Origin: Catajapyx aquilonaris
Lineage: Eukaryota
Assembly (NCBI GenBank): GCA_000934665.2
Contig: KZ538302.1
Coordinates: 1 to 64,000 of the forward strand
Length of the DNA stretch: 64,000 nucleotides
Reading direction: 5' to 3'
A model generated the notes under the pieces. It saw only the letters and a list, made by a program, of their open reading frames with translations, was not told where the DNA came from and did not search any database. This document shows, in pieces, positions 45,568 to 59,207 of this stretch; position 1 is the first letter of the stretch; each line of letters starts with the position of its first letter. The position numbers and the translations under genes are program-made.

Positions 45568-46852
45568 ATGGCGCTTCAGTACAAATACCTAGGTAGCACT
45601 GGACTTAAAGTGTCCAATATATGCCTTGGGACCATGACCTTTGGCACCAGCGGGACACCGGTATGTGGCCGTACATGCATGAAGTACCGGTACTGGTACG
45701 CTAATAAAATAATTTAGGTGCGACCAGGTCAGTGTAATGAGGAAGAGTCGCACCAGCTGCTGGACCGGTTTGTTTCGGCTGGAGGCAACTACATCGACAC
45801 GGCCAATGTGTACCAGGATGGCAACTCGGAGGAGATTGTCGGGACGTGGCTGGAAAAGTAATTCGCCTCGTCAACACCTTTACACTTACACTCACGAGCT
45901 ATTACAATTGTAGGCAGGATCGTCACAAGATAGTGCTTGCCACCAAAGTGCGCTTCACGATGGACTCCAGTCCAAATGGGGTTGGGCTGAGTCGCTCGCA
46001 TATCCTCTGGAGCGTCGAGGAAAGCCTAAAGCGGCTGCGTACCCGTTACATTGACTTGTACCAGGTGAGACAACATCTTACAACTGCCTGACAAAATAAC
46101 ATTGAAAAAATTGGCAGATTCATGGATGGGACTGCGGCACACCGATTGATGAGACCCTGAGGACCCTCTCCGACCTGGTGCGTTGTGGTAAGGTCCGCTA
46201 CATCGGGGCCAGCAACGTGACTGGATGGCAGCTGCAGAAGATTCTGGATTTGAGCCGCTTCATGGGCATGGAGAAGATGGTGACACTGCAGGCCCAGTAC
46301 AACCTCCTGTGTCGAGAGACGGAGTGGGAGCTGGGGGAGGTCTGCAGGGAGGAGGGGGTTGGGCTGTTGCCGTGGAGTCCTCTCAAAGGGGGGTTGCTCA
46401 GCGGGAAGTTCAAGAGGGGGATGGAGTCCGCACCTGAGGGATCCAGGATTGAATGGGCAGGGAGGGTTGGCATGGCGTCACAGAGCCATCCAAAATGGGA
46501 AGACTTCTCCAAGTCAGACAAGGTGGTATCCTACTGCTGCTAGTAAGATAAATGGTGGTAACAAAATGTTGCATTGCAGATGTGGGACCTTCTGGATGCC
46601 ATGTCAGACATTGCTGGTCGTCATCAAAAGACGGTGGCACAAGTGGCCTTGAATTGGCTTCTGTGCAATCCCATTGTGTCATCAGTCATCATTGGTGCCA
46701 AGACAATGTCGCAGCTGGAAGACAACCTGGAAGCTGGGACAGGCTGGGAGCTGACTGCAGACGAGAAAGCCCAGCTGGATTCCCTCTCTCAAGTGGAAAT
46801 TCCCTACCCATACGAGATGGTCAACCGGGTTAACGTCAACCGGAAGAGATAA
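45568..46852 (+). CDS. Aldo-keto reductase copy 1 (YajO/Tas-like), 5 coding exons
   Basis: [26 protein letters not shown]; catalytic tetrad D (IDTAN), Y (NVY), K (LATK), H (YQ|IH); [44 protein letters not shown] introns in frame. Confidence 0.9.
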
Positions 46853-46989
46853 AATAGCGAATAACTCCAATACGTTTGCAGCATCTGCCTGACCACAAGG
46901 ACCAACAACTCTTTTCTCTGGGGAACTGTCTGATTTGTTAATTTTGTACACATTTATGGATATCAGATAATAAATGCATGTTATGTAAT

Positions 46990-47085
46990 TGGCACATATT
47001 TGCCCATCAGGATGATCCTGTCACAACCATGTCCCACCAAGTACGAACAATGGTTGCAGCCTCTTTTGTTGTCACAGTAGATGAG
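46990..47085 (-). pseudogene. NDUFS7: Highly decayed NDUFS7 exon-3 remnant
   Basis: Minus-strand translation CDNKRGCNHCSYLVGHGCDRIILMGKYVP aligns with [29 protein letters not shown] of the intact gene, at the equivalent position after an AKR copy. Confidence 0.7.
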
Positions 47086-47493
47086 GGAACAGCTCATTGA
47101 TGGATAAGGCCACGGATTTTCCTCAGAAGTCATATAGTCAATCCCAGACTGGAACAAATAATTCTTATGTGGACAGTTACATTTAACAAACTGTCGATAA
47201 TTATAAAATCTAATTATCATGGGGGGGGGGGGGGNGGGATTACGATGTTACTCGTTAATGCAGGTGGGCCAACTAATTGCAGTTTCATTATTGACAGTCA
47301 CTTCTATTCTCTTGTTGCAATATGTTGTGCAACATTCTGCAATAATACTAAACCTACTGGCCGATGCAACGAATCAGAGATATGCAACATATCGCTATGA
47401 TAATATGGAATGATAACATCCTGTTCAGTCGACTCCCGAGCATCAGTTTGCTACTACATCTCGATAGCACCAGTTGATTCATCTACAAGCAGG

Positions 47494-48830
47494 ATGCCAC
47501 TTCAGTACAGATATTTGGGCAACACTGGCCTCAAAGTGTCCAACATTTGCCTTGGGACCATGACCTTTGGCATCAGAGGGATGACCCTGGGTGGCACCAG
47601 GAGGGTGGTAATCATGATTCTAGCAATTTTAATCACATTTATCAAGCCATTTCAAGGTCATGAAAATAATTGCTGGATTTAATCAGATGCGACCGGGCCA
47701 GTGCAACGAAGAAGAGTCACACAAACTCCTGGATCGATTTGTGTCTGTGGGTGGAAATTTCATCGACACCGCCAACATATACGAAGATGGAAATTCTGAA
47801 GAAATTGTTGGGACATGGCTGGAAAAGTAATTTCTCTTTTAACATTAATCACTTAACAACGTGAAAATGTCTATACACAATTTTGCTTGCAGGCAAGATC
47901 GTCACAAGATTGTCCTTGCCACCAAAGTACGCTTCCCAATGGACTCCAGTCCAAATGGGTTGGGGCTGAGTCGCCCACACATTCTCTGGAGCGTAGATGA
48001 AAGCCTAAAGCGGCTGCGTACCGATTACATTGACTTGTATCAGGTGAGAGGACACCGTAATGGTCCATGGCAAAATAATAGCCACACTCTTACAGATTCA
48101 CGGCTGGGACAGTGCCACCCCAATTGAAGAGACCATGCGGACCCTCTCCGACCTGGTGCGTTGTGGTAAGGTCCGCTACATCGGGGCCAGCAACGTGACT
48201 GGTTGGCAGCTCCAGAAGATCCTGGGCCTGAGTCGCTTCATGGGCATGGAGAAGATGGTGACCCTGCAAGCCCAGTACAGCCTCCTGTGTCGAGAGACCG
48301 AGTGGGAGCTGGGGGAGGTCTGCAGGGAGGAGGGGGTAGGGCTGCTGCCATGGAGTCCTCTCAAAGGGGGGTTGCTCAGCGGGAAGTTCAAGAGGGAGAT
48401 GGAGTCCGCACCCGAGGGATCCAGGATTGAGTGGGCAGGGAGGGAAGGGTGGATCTCACAGAGCCATCCAAAATGGGAAGACGTCTCCAAATCAGAGAAG
48501 GTGGTATCCTACTGTGGATAGTAACGTAAATGGTGGTAACAAAATTTTCCATTGCAGATGTGGGACCTTCTGGATGGCATGTCAGACATTGCTGGTCGTC
48601 ACCAAAAGACGGTGGCACAAGTGGCCTTGAATTGGCTTCTGTGCAATCCCATTGTGTCATCAGTCATCATTGGTGCCAAGACCATGTCGCAGCTGGAAGA
48701 CAACCTGGAAGCAGGGACAGGCTGGGAGCTGACGGTAGATGAGAAAGCCCAGCTGGATTCCCTCTCTGAAGTGAAAATGCCATACCCTTATGAGATGGTC
48801 ACACGAAAGAACCTAAACAGAAAACGATAA
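47494..48830 (+). CDS. Aldo-keto reductase copy 2, 5 coding exons
   Basis: [26 protein letters not shown]; same exon structure and tetrad as copy 1; no frame disruption seen; AATAAA at 48901. Confidence 0.88.
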
Positions 48831-48923
48831 AAAGTTCACAGATAATCAAAGGTGTGGGTCATTAATATCTACAATGTATTTGCAATTCCCACCTGACTAC
48901 AATAAACCCAACAAGCCTTCTCC

Positions 48924-49460
48924 TCACTTCCTGTACCACATCTGCAGGGTCTGCATCCGCGTTATCTTCTTCTGCAGCTGGAGGATGCCATACATCAGAG
49001 CCTCAGCTGTTGGAGGGCACCCTGCAACCATGGTTATTGTAATTTTGATTCATGTCGAGGGCACTAAATCGCAACATACCTGGCACATAAATGTCCACAG
49101 GGATGATTCTGTCACTGCCACGAACCACCGAATATGAGCAGTGGTAGCTGGTAGTAGCTTCCTCCGTTGCCGCACCTACCCATCGTGGTTCAGGCATCTT
49201 TACGAGGAAAAAGCAGGTGCTATAGTACAGTCACAAGGAGTAAGGTAGCAGACCTGAAGCTCAAATTAGCTTCCTCTTCACGACTTGTGAGGAGTGCCTC
49301 TCTTGGAGGCTATACCTGGAATTGTCTGTATAGACAATTGCAGTATACCCAGTATACCTAATCATACACCTTCCTGAGTGCTGGTGATGTCTTGTAAGTG
49401 AGCGTCGCAGCCACAATGATAACATCCGCCTGCCTAGCGGACGCCCTGAACACGACCCGC
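48924..49460 (-). pseudogene. NDUFS7: 5'-truncated NDUFS7 pseudogene (end of exon 2, exons 3-4)
   Basis: [32 protein letters not shown] (CAG>TAG at 49358-49360); a 13-nt deletion plus 7-nt duplication destroys [12 protein letters not shown]>RGSD; last exon [19 protein letters not shown] intact. Confidence 0.9.
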
Positions 49461-49836
49461 TGGCACAAAAAAATTATCATGTGGACAATTACATTTAACA
49501 AACTGATGACAATTATTAAGTCTCACTAATTATCATGAGGGGGAAATATTAGAATGTTATCGTTAATGAAGAAGGTGAGGCAACTAATGGCAGGAATCAT
49601 GGTGGGAATGAGGACATGAATTGCCAGTTTCATTATTGACAGTCACTTCTATTCTCTTGTTGCAATATGTTGTGCAATGTTCTGCAATAATACTAAATAT
49701 ACTGGCCTACACAACGAATCAGAGATATCAACATATCGCTATGATAATATGGAATGATAACATCCTGTTCAGTAGATGCCGAGCATCAGTTTGTTACTGC
49801 ATCTCGATAGCACCACTTGATTCATCAACAAGCAGG

Positions 49837-51266
49837 ATGCCACTTCAGTACAGATACCTGGGCAACACCGGCCTCAAAGTGTCCAACATTTGCCTCGGGA
49901 CCATGACCTTTGGCACCAGAGGGATTACCTTGGGTGGCACTAGGAGGGCGGTAATCATGATTCTGGCCATTTTTCTACTAATTCTTAAATCAGACAATTT
50001 TATCACGATTATCAAGCCATTTCAAGGTCATGAAAAAGGTTGCATGACATTCCGGTACGGTAACATTAAATGTTCAGCAATTATTATAACTATTAAAATT
50101 CCCATGTTAATTGCTGTATCAGATGCGCCCAGGCCAGTGCAATGAAGAAGAGTCGCACAAACTCCTGGATCGATTTGTGTCTGTCGGTGGTAACTTCATC
50201 GACACTGCCAATGTGTATGAAGATGGCAACTCGGAGGAAATTGTTGGGACGTGGCTGGAAAAGTAATTTCTCTTGTAGCATTAATCACTTAACAACGTGA
50301 AAATATCTATACACAATTTTGCTTGCAGGCAAGATCGTCACAAGATTGTCCTTGCCACCAAAGTACGCTTCCCAATGGACTCCAGTCCAAATGGGTTGGG
50401 GCTGAGTCGCCCACACATTCTCTGGAGCGTAGATGAAAGCCTAAAGCGGCTGCGTACCGATTACATTGACTTATATCAGGTGAGAGGACACTGTAATGGT
50501 ACTTGGCAAAATAATAGCCAAACTCTTACAGATTCACGGCTGGGACAGTGCCACCCCAATTGAAGAGACCATGCAGACCCTCTCCGACCTGGTGCGTTGT
50601 GGTAAGGTCCGCTACATCGGGGCCAGCAACGTGACTGGATGGCAGCTGCAGAAGATCCTTGACCTGAGTCGCTTCATGGGCATGGAGAAGATGGTGACAC
50701 TGCAGGCCCAGTACAGCCTCCTGTGTCGAGAGACCGAGTGGGAGCTGGGGGAGGTCTGCAGCGAAGAAGGGGTTGGGCTGCTGCCGTGGAGTCCTCTCAA
50801 AGGGGGGCTGCTCAGCGGGAAGTTCAAGAGGGGGATGGAGTCCGCACCCGAGGGATCCAGGATTGAGTGGGCAGGGAGGGAAGGGTGGATCTCACAGAGC
50901 CATCCGAAATGGGATGACGTCTCCAAGTCAGAAAAGGTGGTATCCTACTGGGGATAGTAATGTAAATGGTGGTAACAAAATTTTCCATTGCAGATGTGGG
51001 ACCTTCTGGATGGCATGTCAGACATTGCTGGTCGTCACCAAAAGACGGTGGCACAAGTGGCCTTGAATTGGCTTCTGTGCAACCCTGTCGTATCATCGGT
51101 CATTATTGGTGCCAAGACCATGTCGCAGCTGGAGGACAACCTGGAAGCAGGGACAGGCTGGGAGCTGACAGTAGACGAGAAAGCCCAGCTGGACTCCCTC
51201 TCTGAAGTGAAAATGCCATACCCATACCAGATGGTCACATGGATGAACCTCAACAGAAAACGATAA
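49837..51266 (+). CDS. Aldo-keto reductase copy 3, 5 coding exons
   Basis: Close paralog of copy 2, including ~350 bp of upstream sequence; tetrad intact; ends ..MNLNRKR*. Confidence 0.88.
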
Positions 51267-51347
51267 TAACACAAGATTTGGGTCATTAATATCTACAATA
51301 TATTTGCAACTCCCACCTGACTACAAAAAAACCAACAAGCCTTCCCC

Positions 51348-52472
<1,125 letters not shown>

Positions 52473-52559
52473 CTGCGACTAGTTCTATTCCAGAGTTCTA
52501 ATAATCCTAGATTTTACAGCCAACGTCGCACTGTTCTAAATGAGGTTCTGAAATTCTGA

Positions 52560-52815
52560 ATGCCACTGGCGGCCATTTTGAATCCGGCAGTAGCATAGCT
52601 GCTGAAATGCGACCTTGACCCGCTATTTTTCGAAAAATATCGAACGTGTCCGGTGCCAATCTGCGCATGCGCGAGCACGGCCGCCATTACGGATCCCGCC
52701 ATCACGGCCGCCATATTGTGTCCAGTGTCTGGTAGCCAATCAGCATCAGGGCGCGTGAAATCTAGACCAATGGGAGCGCAGCTTGGAATCCAAAGTGCGA
52801 GCGACGCATGCGCCT
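52560..52815. promoter_or_regulatory. Bidirectional NDUFS7/PIAS promoter
   Basis: Three CCAAT boxes (52656, 52736, 52767), NRF1/Ewg-type TGCGCATGCGC (52662) and CGCATGCGC (52805), YY1-type GGCGGCCATTTTG (52568); start codons 500 bp apart. Confidence 0.7.
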
Positions 52816-52971
52816 GTCCGGTACCTCCACCGCCGTACAGTGTTTGCATCGCCGACCCTCCCTGCCCCACCAGCCAACGGCCATTATAGTTCTGCTGAAG
52901 AAGGACAATCCAGAGCGAGATTATTCCTTCGGAGCTGAGGCTAATAATGTCCTATGGTCAGGATGCGGAGG

Positions 52972-55900
52972 ATGGCTGACGTCGAGGACCTCCGGGTAAT
53001 TAGTCTCGCACCATTTTGAACACCCCCCCGTTGGTGGATCTACCACTAGAACCCATTGTCTTGCAGAACATGGTGATGAGTTTCCGGGTGTCTGAACTGC
53101 AGATGCTACTTGGGTTCGCGGGAAGGAACAAGACGGGCCGGAAGAACGAGCTGCAGGCCCGTGCGCTTGAGCTGGTCAAGACCAAGTCAACGCCGATACA
53201 CCTCAAGATCAGGGAACTCTTCAAGTCCATTCAGTAAGGGAGGAGAGGTCTTTTTTATTTGGAGGGTGTGTCTGGCCGTTGATGGGGTCACGCTTCGGCA
53301 TGGAAGGTAGCCATGGCGAAGGGCAGGTTGTATGCGTTTGGGCATACGGAACACGAGGGTGTTCCGAGATGCATCGGGAACAGTTTGTTTGGTTGCCAGG
53401 GGCACTGTAGCCAACCCCAGTTGCTGCGGACGCCTGGAGAAGAATGTGGGGGGGGGCGCCAACCGCTTTCGTTCTTGTTGCCCTTAGCAACCAAACAACC
53501 TGCTCCGGAGCAGGGCCAGCCGCTCTCAGTCAGTCGGAGGCGGTTGCCTGGGAAGGGTGTGGGCGTACACTATGGGGTTGAAGAAGAAGGATTCCAAGAG
53601 GTGAGGGAAGCGTTGGGTTGGGTTGACGTCAATGGAGTCTGTCATGTTACAACATGTTCCAATAATTGGGATGTCCATTTTAGGTAGCGATGCACTGATT
53701 ATTTTTAAGCGGTTGCTTCCCAACAGTTGCTTTTAGAAGGTATCAGCACTTGGGGGGTGTCAAAAAGTGATACACTGTACTTATCCGGGCTAATGACTGC
53801 ACTGGCGGCGGATAATCAGAAAACACCAATAATCGGGATATAACTGGAGATACCGCAAAATGAGCTGTTCACATGTTCTAAATGAACGAATGTATTCTGC
53901 TTTAAATGAGATTTAATCCAAATTAGAAAAAAAAAATTCTGTACATTTTTAGTTTGACTTGTAGAAAAAAAAGGATGTTACATTTCTTTGCAAAAAAGAA
54001 ATGTCATTTTCCGGACTCTGTTTTAGCCGTGGACAGATAATCCGAACCCGGATAATCGGGAGTACAGTGTATTTGCAGTGATTACGTTCAGATATTGCGA
54101 TTCAGGGCTTGAAACTCTTCGGAATTGTGGGAAATTTGTACATATTGTAATGCAATTTGGTACTGTTCTGTTTCCGTTGTGCAGCAAAGGGAGTACGGTA
54201 AACAGTGTCGACAATAAGAGTACTTCTAACAGAAAGGGGGGGGGGGGGGGGGNNNNNNNNNNNNNNGGGGGGGGTTGGCCCCCTTGGCATTCTTTTCTGT
54301 TGGCATCACTTCGTTTGTAACGTTTTTGTTCCGTCGAGATGAGGCAGTGTGGCAAGCTGCGTCAGGCGCGAATGTGTTCCACTCCAAAGAATTTGTCTTG
54401 TTCTTGGACAGCGGCTGCCTCCATTCACTTCGGCTAACAATTACAGGGTGGTGGTGACGTCTCTAATCAAGTTCCGAGGCATGCAGATAAGAGTGGTGCA
54501 AAAGATGCGGGAAAAAAAAATGGGGTGCACAAACATTTGGTTGTTCAAATATCACCACTGATTTGGCTGGGAGTCGAGATTCCCGAACAAATGTTTGGCC
54601 ACCAGAATTTGTTTTGCATTAGTAAACAAGGTACAACAGAGCGGTGTGTGACAAGGACTTCATGAATATAAATGATATGAGCTAGTATGCCTCCAAATCT
54701 GCGTTACAACCTTCTATGCCCATCCTGTGCTTGGTCAATATGCTTACAGCTAACGAGATTTCCGATCACATCTTATTTCATTAGCGTTAATCAATCAGAG
54801 CTAGGCGGTACGTGAAGGTACTAGTGTAATCCCGTATCAGCCTGTTGCGATTAAGTTACGGCTTACAATTCCTTTCTCCACAGCGCCAGTTACGGACAGT
54901 AAGAGCCAGTTCACACGGCTAGCCCTGTTGCAAGCAATTATCTGGAGATTGTCAAGACAACTGAACGTGTGCTGTGAGAGGAATGGATGACTTCCTAAGG
55001 TTGTCGTTCCTAGCACCGCTTCTGCAGCAACATGGTGTTGAATGGATGGTGTAAGCCATGAATTGTCCAGTGACATCACTGGGAACAAAATTTGCTACAA
55101 AGTCCGCAATGTGAACTGGGTCTTTCTAATGCTGGGTTTTGCAGGTTTATTTTATCGACTAGACGAATTTTTGAAGCCATTTTGCATGTGTATTTGACAT
55201 CAAAACCCTGCATATGGAAACTAGAGTAGCCACTCTCCTCTTCCGTAGGCAAGGCCACTCGTCTGGTCTCAACACACTCACCAGCAAGCCTGACGTGTCA
55301 AGCAGCAGCACCTCATCATCCACTGCAGCGATGAGTAGCTCAAAGGGGTATTCGAGCTATGCCACCCAGCAGGACACGAGGGCTATGCAGACGCGTGGAA
55401 ACCCATACCTCCACCCATATGGGACGGCAGGGAACGTGGCAACCTCCAACAGGCCCATTGCACCTATGTACACGGCGTCCGCTGGACACAACACCTACCC
55501 GGTAATTGGTCATGACGACCATCCAGATTGTTTTGAAACTGCAGGATATAGCTTGGGTCGTGTAAAGATTTCAATCTTATTGTGAACTCCAAATTGAATT
55601 ATTATTTTTCCCTCAGGTTCACCCAGACGTGCGACTGCGCCGCCTTCCGTTTTACAACATCATAGCGGAACTTGTGAAGCCCACAACACTGGTGCCTCAA
55701 GGGGCTAGCCGCTATCATGAGGCTACCTTCCAGTTTCACCTCACCCCGCAGCAGGCCACTGACATTGCGTCCTCCAGGGATGTGCGGCCTGGGTCAAAAA
55801 TGGACTTCCTCACACAGGTACGGAGCTGGAGGCAGTGTGACTAACTAATCAGTGTGTAGGTACTATATCGCTCAAAAAGATAGAGACGATTGGCATTTGA

Positions 55901-57927
55901 TTCAAGTGCAAGTTGCACTTGAGTCAAATGCAAAATCGTCTCTATCTTTTTGGGCGATATAGTACATGTGGGCCTAAATGTTAAGATAATACAAGTTAGT
56001 ATTTTGGGGTGTGCACGATATGTGATGCGATTGCTTACTTTTCAGGTGCAGCTCAGATTCTGCTTGCTGGAGACCTCCTGCGAGCAAGAAGATAGCTTTC
56101 CGCCATCTCTCTGCGTGAAGGTGAATGGAAAGATCACTCCGCTGCCCAATCCCATCCCAACTAACCGACCCGGGGTGGAGCCCAAGCGTCCTCCTCGCCC
56201 AATAAACATCACTCAGCAAGTGAAGCTATCCCCAACCGTTCCTAATCACATCGTCGTTACCTGGACAGCTGAATTTGGTCGCAGCTACACTGCGTCAGCT
56301 TACTTGGTGCAGCGACTAAGTTCAGCCGACCTCCTGTCCAAGCTCAGGAGCAAAGGGGTGAGTGTAGAGAGGAAAGCTTTTGAGTAGAGGTCTGTTCCCC
56401 TTGCCCCGACATGAAACTAATTGATTTTGATCTCAGGTGCGGCACGCAGACATAACCCGGGGTCTGATTAAGGAGAAGCTGAAGGAGGATGCAGACTGTG
56501 AGATAGCCACAACGTCTTTGCGAGTGACGTTGGCCTGCCCCCTGGGAAAGATGCGGATGCAGATACCGTGTCGAGCCAGCACCTGCGCCCACCTGCAGTG
56601 CTTTGACGCCAACCTCTACCTGCAGATGAACGAGAGGAAGCCCACATGGATCTGCCCTGTCTGCAATAAGCCTGCCCTATTTGACAACCTTGTCATTGAC
56701 GGGTACTTCCATGAGGTGTTGGCGTCCTCCGCACTGGCGTCCAACGATGGCAATGAGATTCAGCTGCATGGGGATGGGAGTTGGTCTACGCTGATCATCA
56801 AGAAGGAGCACAGCGTCAACTCAATCACAGTGGTGAATGTCTACAATTGGTCATAATTGTGTTGGTCACCAGCTTCATTTGTTTCATTGCATTCCTTATT
56901 GTTTCGAAGGCAAAACCACAGCAGCAGGTGGAGATGGTCTGCGATGACATTCCTGACAGCCCTCCGCCTAAGGCAGAGTCAACCTCTTCAGTGGCGCCCA
57001 CCTCAACAGGGGGCTCAGAGGAGAAGAAAAAGGGAGCTACCCTGGATATCATTGATCTAACGTGTTCGGACAGTGAAGATGAAGACAAGAATGATGGGCC
57101 ACCCCCGGCAAAGAGGGCTGCCTTCTCTATCCTTAGCAGATCAGGTGAGGTGATTTGGGACAGTGGTAATTCCACATCAGCTGACTTCCGCTGAATTTCT
57201 GGAGAAAATTCATGCCGATATGTTCACTTGTCGTGACCAAATGTTTGTCTGGTTCACAGATTCCTACGGCACTGGCGGCGGCAACAGCAACAGCAGCACC
57301 ATCAGCAGCGTGAGCAGTGGTGGTGGAGCCACCGGAGGAGGTGAAGGTGGCGGCACGGGAGGGGGAAGCAGCGTCAGCAGTGGAGTGTCCACCGTCAGCT
57401 CATCCACCGGGCCTGCAGGGTGCGGAAGTCCACATGTCATTACCTTAGACAGTCCCTCCTCCTCTCCAGGGCCCCCCTCCATCATCCCGTCCCCACCCAC
57501 CCCAACCACTTCCAGCTCCTCTCTCCTGATCCACTCGCAGTCACTTCCACCTCCCATCCAGCAGGCTCCTCCCCGCCTGTCCATGCCCATGCTGTCTCCA
57601 TCCACCCCATCGCCTGCCCACTCCCCGTCCCCTCTGCTCTCACTTGTGGGTGGCCCCTACATGCCTCATGCCTCCCACCACCCCCACCTCACCACTCCCT
57701 CCTCCCCATCGTTAGTTCCTCCTCCCCCCGCCCATTCGTACTCACCCTCTCACCTCCCTCCTGCCCCTCCCCCCTTACCAACTTCCTCTTCTGCCTACAT
57801 GTCCAACTTCATGTCTCTACCACCATTACCTTACACCTCTTCCATTCCACCTTCCTACCTAGATGTGGATTCGGACTCCAACGGTTCACGACCTGGGTCG
57901 GCCAACCCACAGTACCCCCACTACTGA
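52972..57927 (+). CDS. PIAS: PIAS family SUMO E3 ligase (Su(var)2-10-like); exons 52972-52995, 53067-53233, 55249-55501, 55618-55817, 56046-56357, ~56437-56832, ~56890-57144, 57260-57927
   Basis: SAP domain [39 protein letters not shown] motif [62 protein letters not shown]; Ser/Pro-rich tail. Confidence 0.95.
53771..54071. mobile_element. Tc1/mariner/pogo-type MITE in PIAS intron 2
   Basis: TA-flanked termini TACACTGTACT / AGTACAGTGTA with subterminal CGGATAA repeats. Confidence 0.65.
55861..55964. mobile_element. Small palindromic MITE in a PIAS intron
   Basis: TACTATATCGCTCAAAAAGATAGAGACGAT / ATCGTCTCTATCTTTTTGGGCGATATAGTA; termini resemble the 35203-35971 outer TIR. Confidence 0.75.
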
Positions 57928-59135
57928 ACACCATGGGCACGCAGCCTACTCCAGTCCTGTGCAGAATTGAACCAGAGAATGACCCCATTGAATGTCAGTC
58001 CCCCAGCGTGCCACTATCCATCCGCAGAATAGAGGCCCAGTTGGCGAAGAGGAGGTCCGCAATTGGTGAATCCCTACGCAGCATTAGATCAAAACCCAGA
58101 GCTGGTATGGGCCTGCTTGCTCGCAGCCGGACTCCTGGTGACCCTGCTGCTTCTGGTCCTGGCTCTACCCCAAGCAAGCCTAGCAACATTTCAGCCACTG
58201 AGACCGATGCTGGAGTCACCCTACAACATCCCGCCAGCTCGACTCAGCCTGCAACTTGCTCACCACCCAATCAGACTGATGCTGGTGTAACTGCGGATGC
58301 TGATACTGTCTCGCCTTCCACCGAGACTGATACGGACGTGGCTACAGAGCCTGATACCTGTATGACTGGAGGCAACACTGGAGATTCTGACGTCCAACCA
58401 GCCAAGAGCAGCTTGGTTATCAACGGTTCAGATTATCGTACCACTACAAGTGTCTTCCACGTGGCTGACATGCTGAACCGCCTGTGAAATGCCAAGTAAG
58501 CCACTGGCACTACATGAAGAGCAAGCTGCTAGTGTGGCTCGATCAAATTGCAGCCTTCGAGAGGGGGTTCCACCAAGTTCTAGTGTTCAGTGCGAGAAAA
58601 AGGTTGTTCATAGGACCTTTGGAAGGGTTCAGATGTCTCGAGGCTAATTTGGAGGCTTCTGCTATACTCGGGACCAAAAGTGGACTTATTTCCCCCCCCC
58701 CCCTTATTTCAGCACATATTTAATCGAACGTTGTGTTACTCAAACCCTGTTGCTTCTACGGGAGGTCCGTCCAAGAAGCTGCAAGGAAGGCAAGGGTGTT
58801 GCCGGAATCATAAGGCAACTCTGATCTCACTTAGGGTTTTTTTTTGTTTTGTTCATTTGTCAAGATGGGGTTCCCCTCCCTACTTGTACATAATCAGGTT
58901 TAAATTATATGTACAGGTATCCCAACCACCATATGTCATCTTAGCACAAGTATTTTTCATCATATCGTGTAGCCTTTCTATAGAGTAATAAATAAGACTT
59001 TCTTACGAATTGTGCTTATTTTATTTGTTATACTAGCAGGTTGTTTATACCAAAATGCGGATTATTAGAAGTGTGTTCCAAAGTACTTTCCGCCTCCTGT
59101 GGCCAAGGATGACCTCGGAGGTCTATTCCGATGTG

Positions 59136-59207
59136 CTTAAAACCTTCCCAGTAAAAAACTACCCCTAGTGATCACTAGGGGTAGTTTTTTACTGGGAAGG
59201 TTTTAAG
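59136..59207. repeat. Perfect 72-bp spacerless palindrome
   Basis: CTTAAAACCTTCCCAGTAAAAAACTACCCCTAGTGA followed directly by its exact reverse complement. Confidence 0.9.

Noticed and set aside
45568..51266. Bacterial contamination or recent horizontal transfer of the AKR genes
   Set aside because: All copies have spliceosomal introns and are interleaved with NDUFS7; an ancient origin cannot be judged without a phylogeny.
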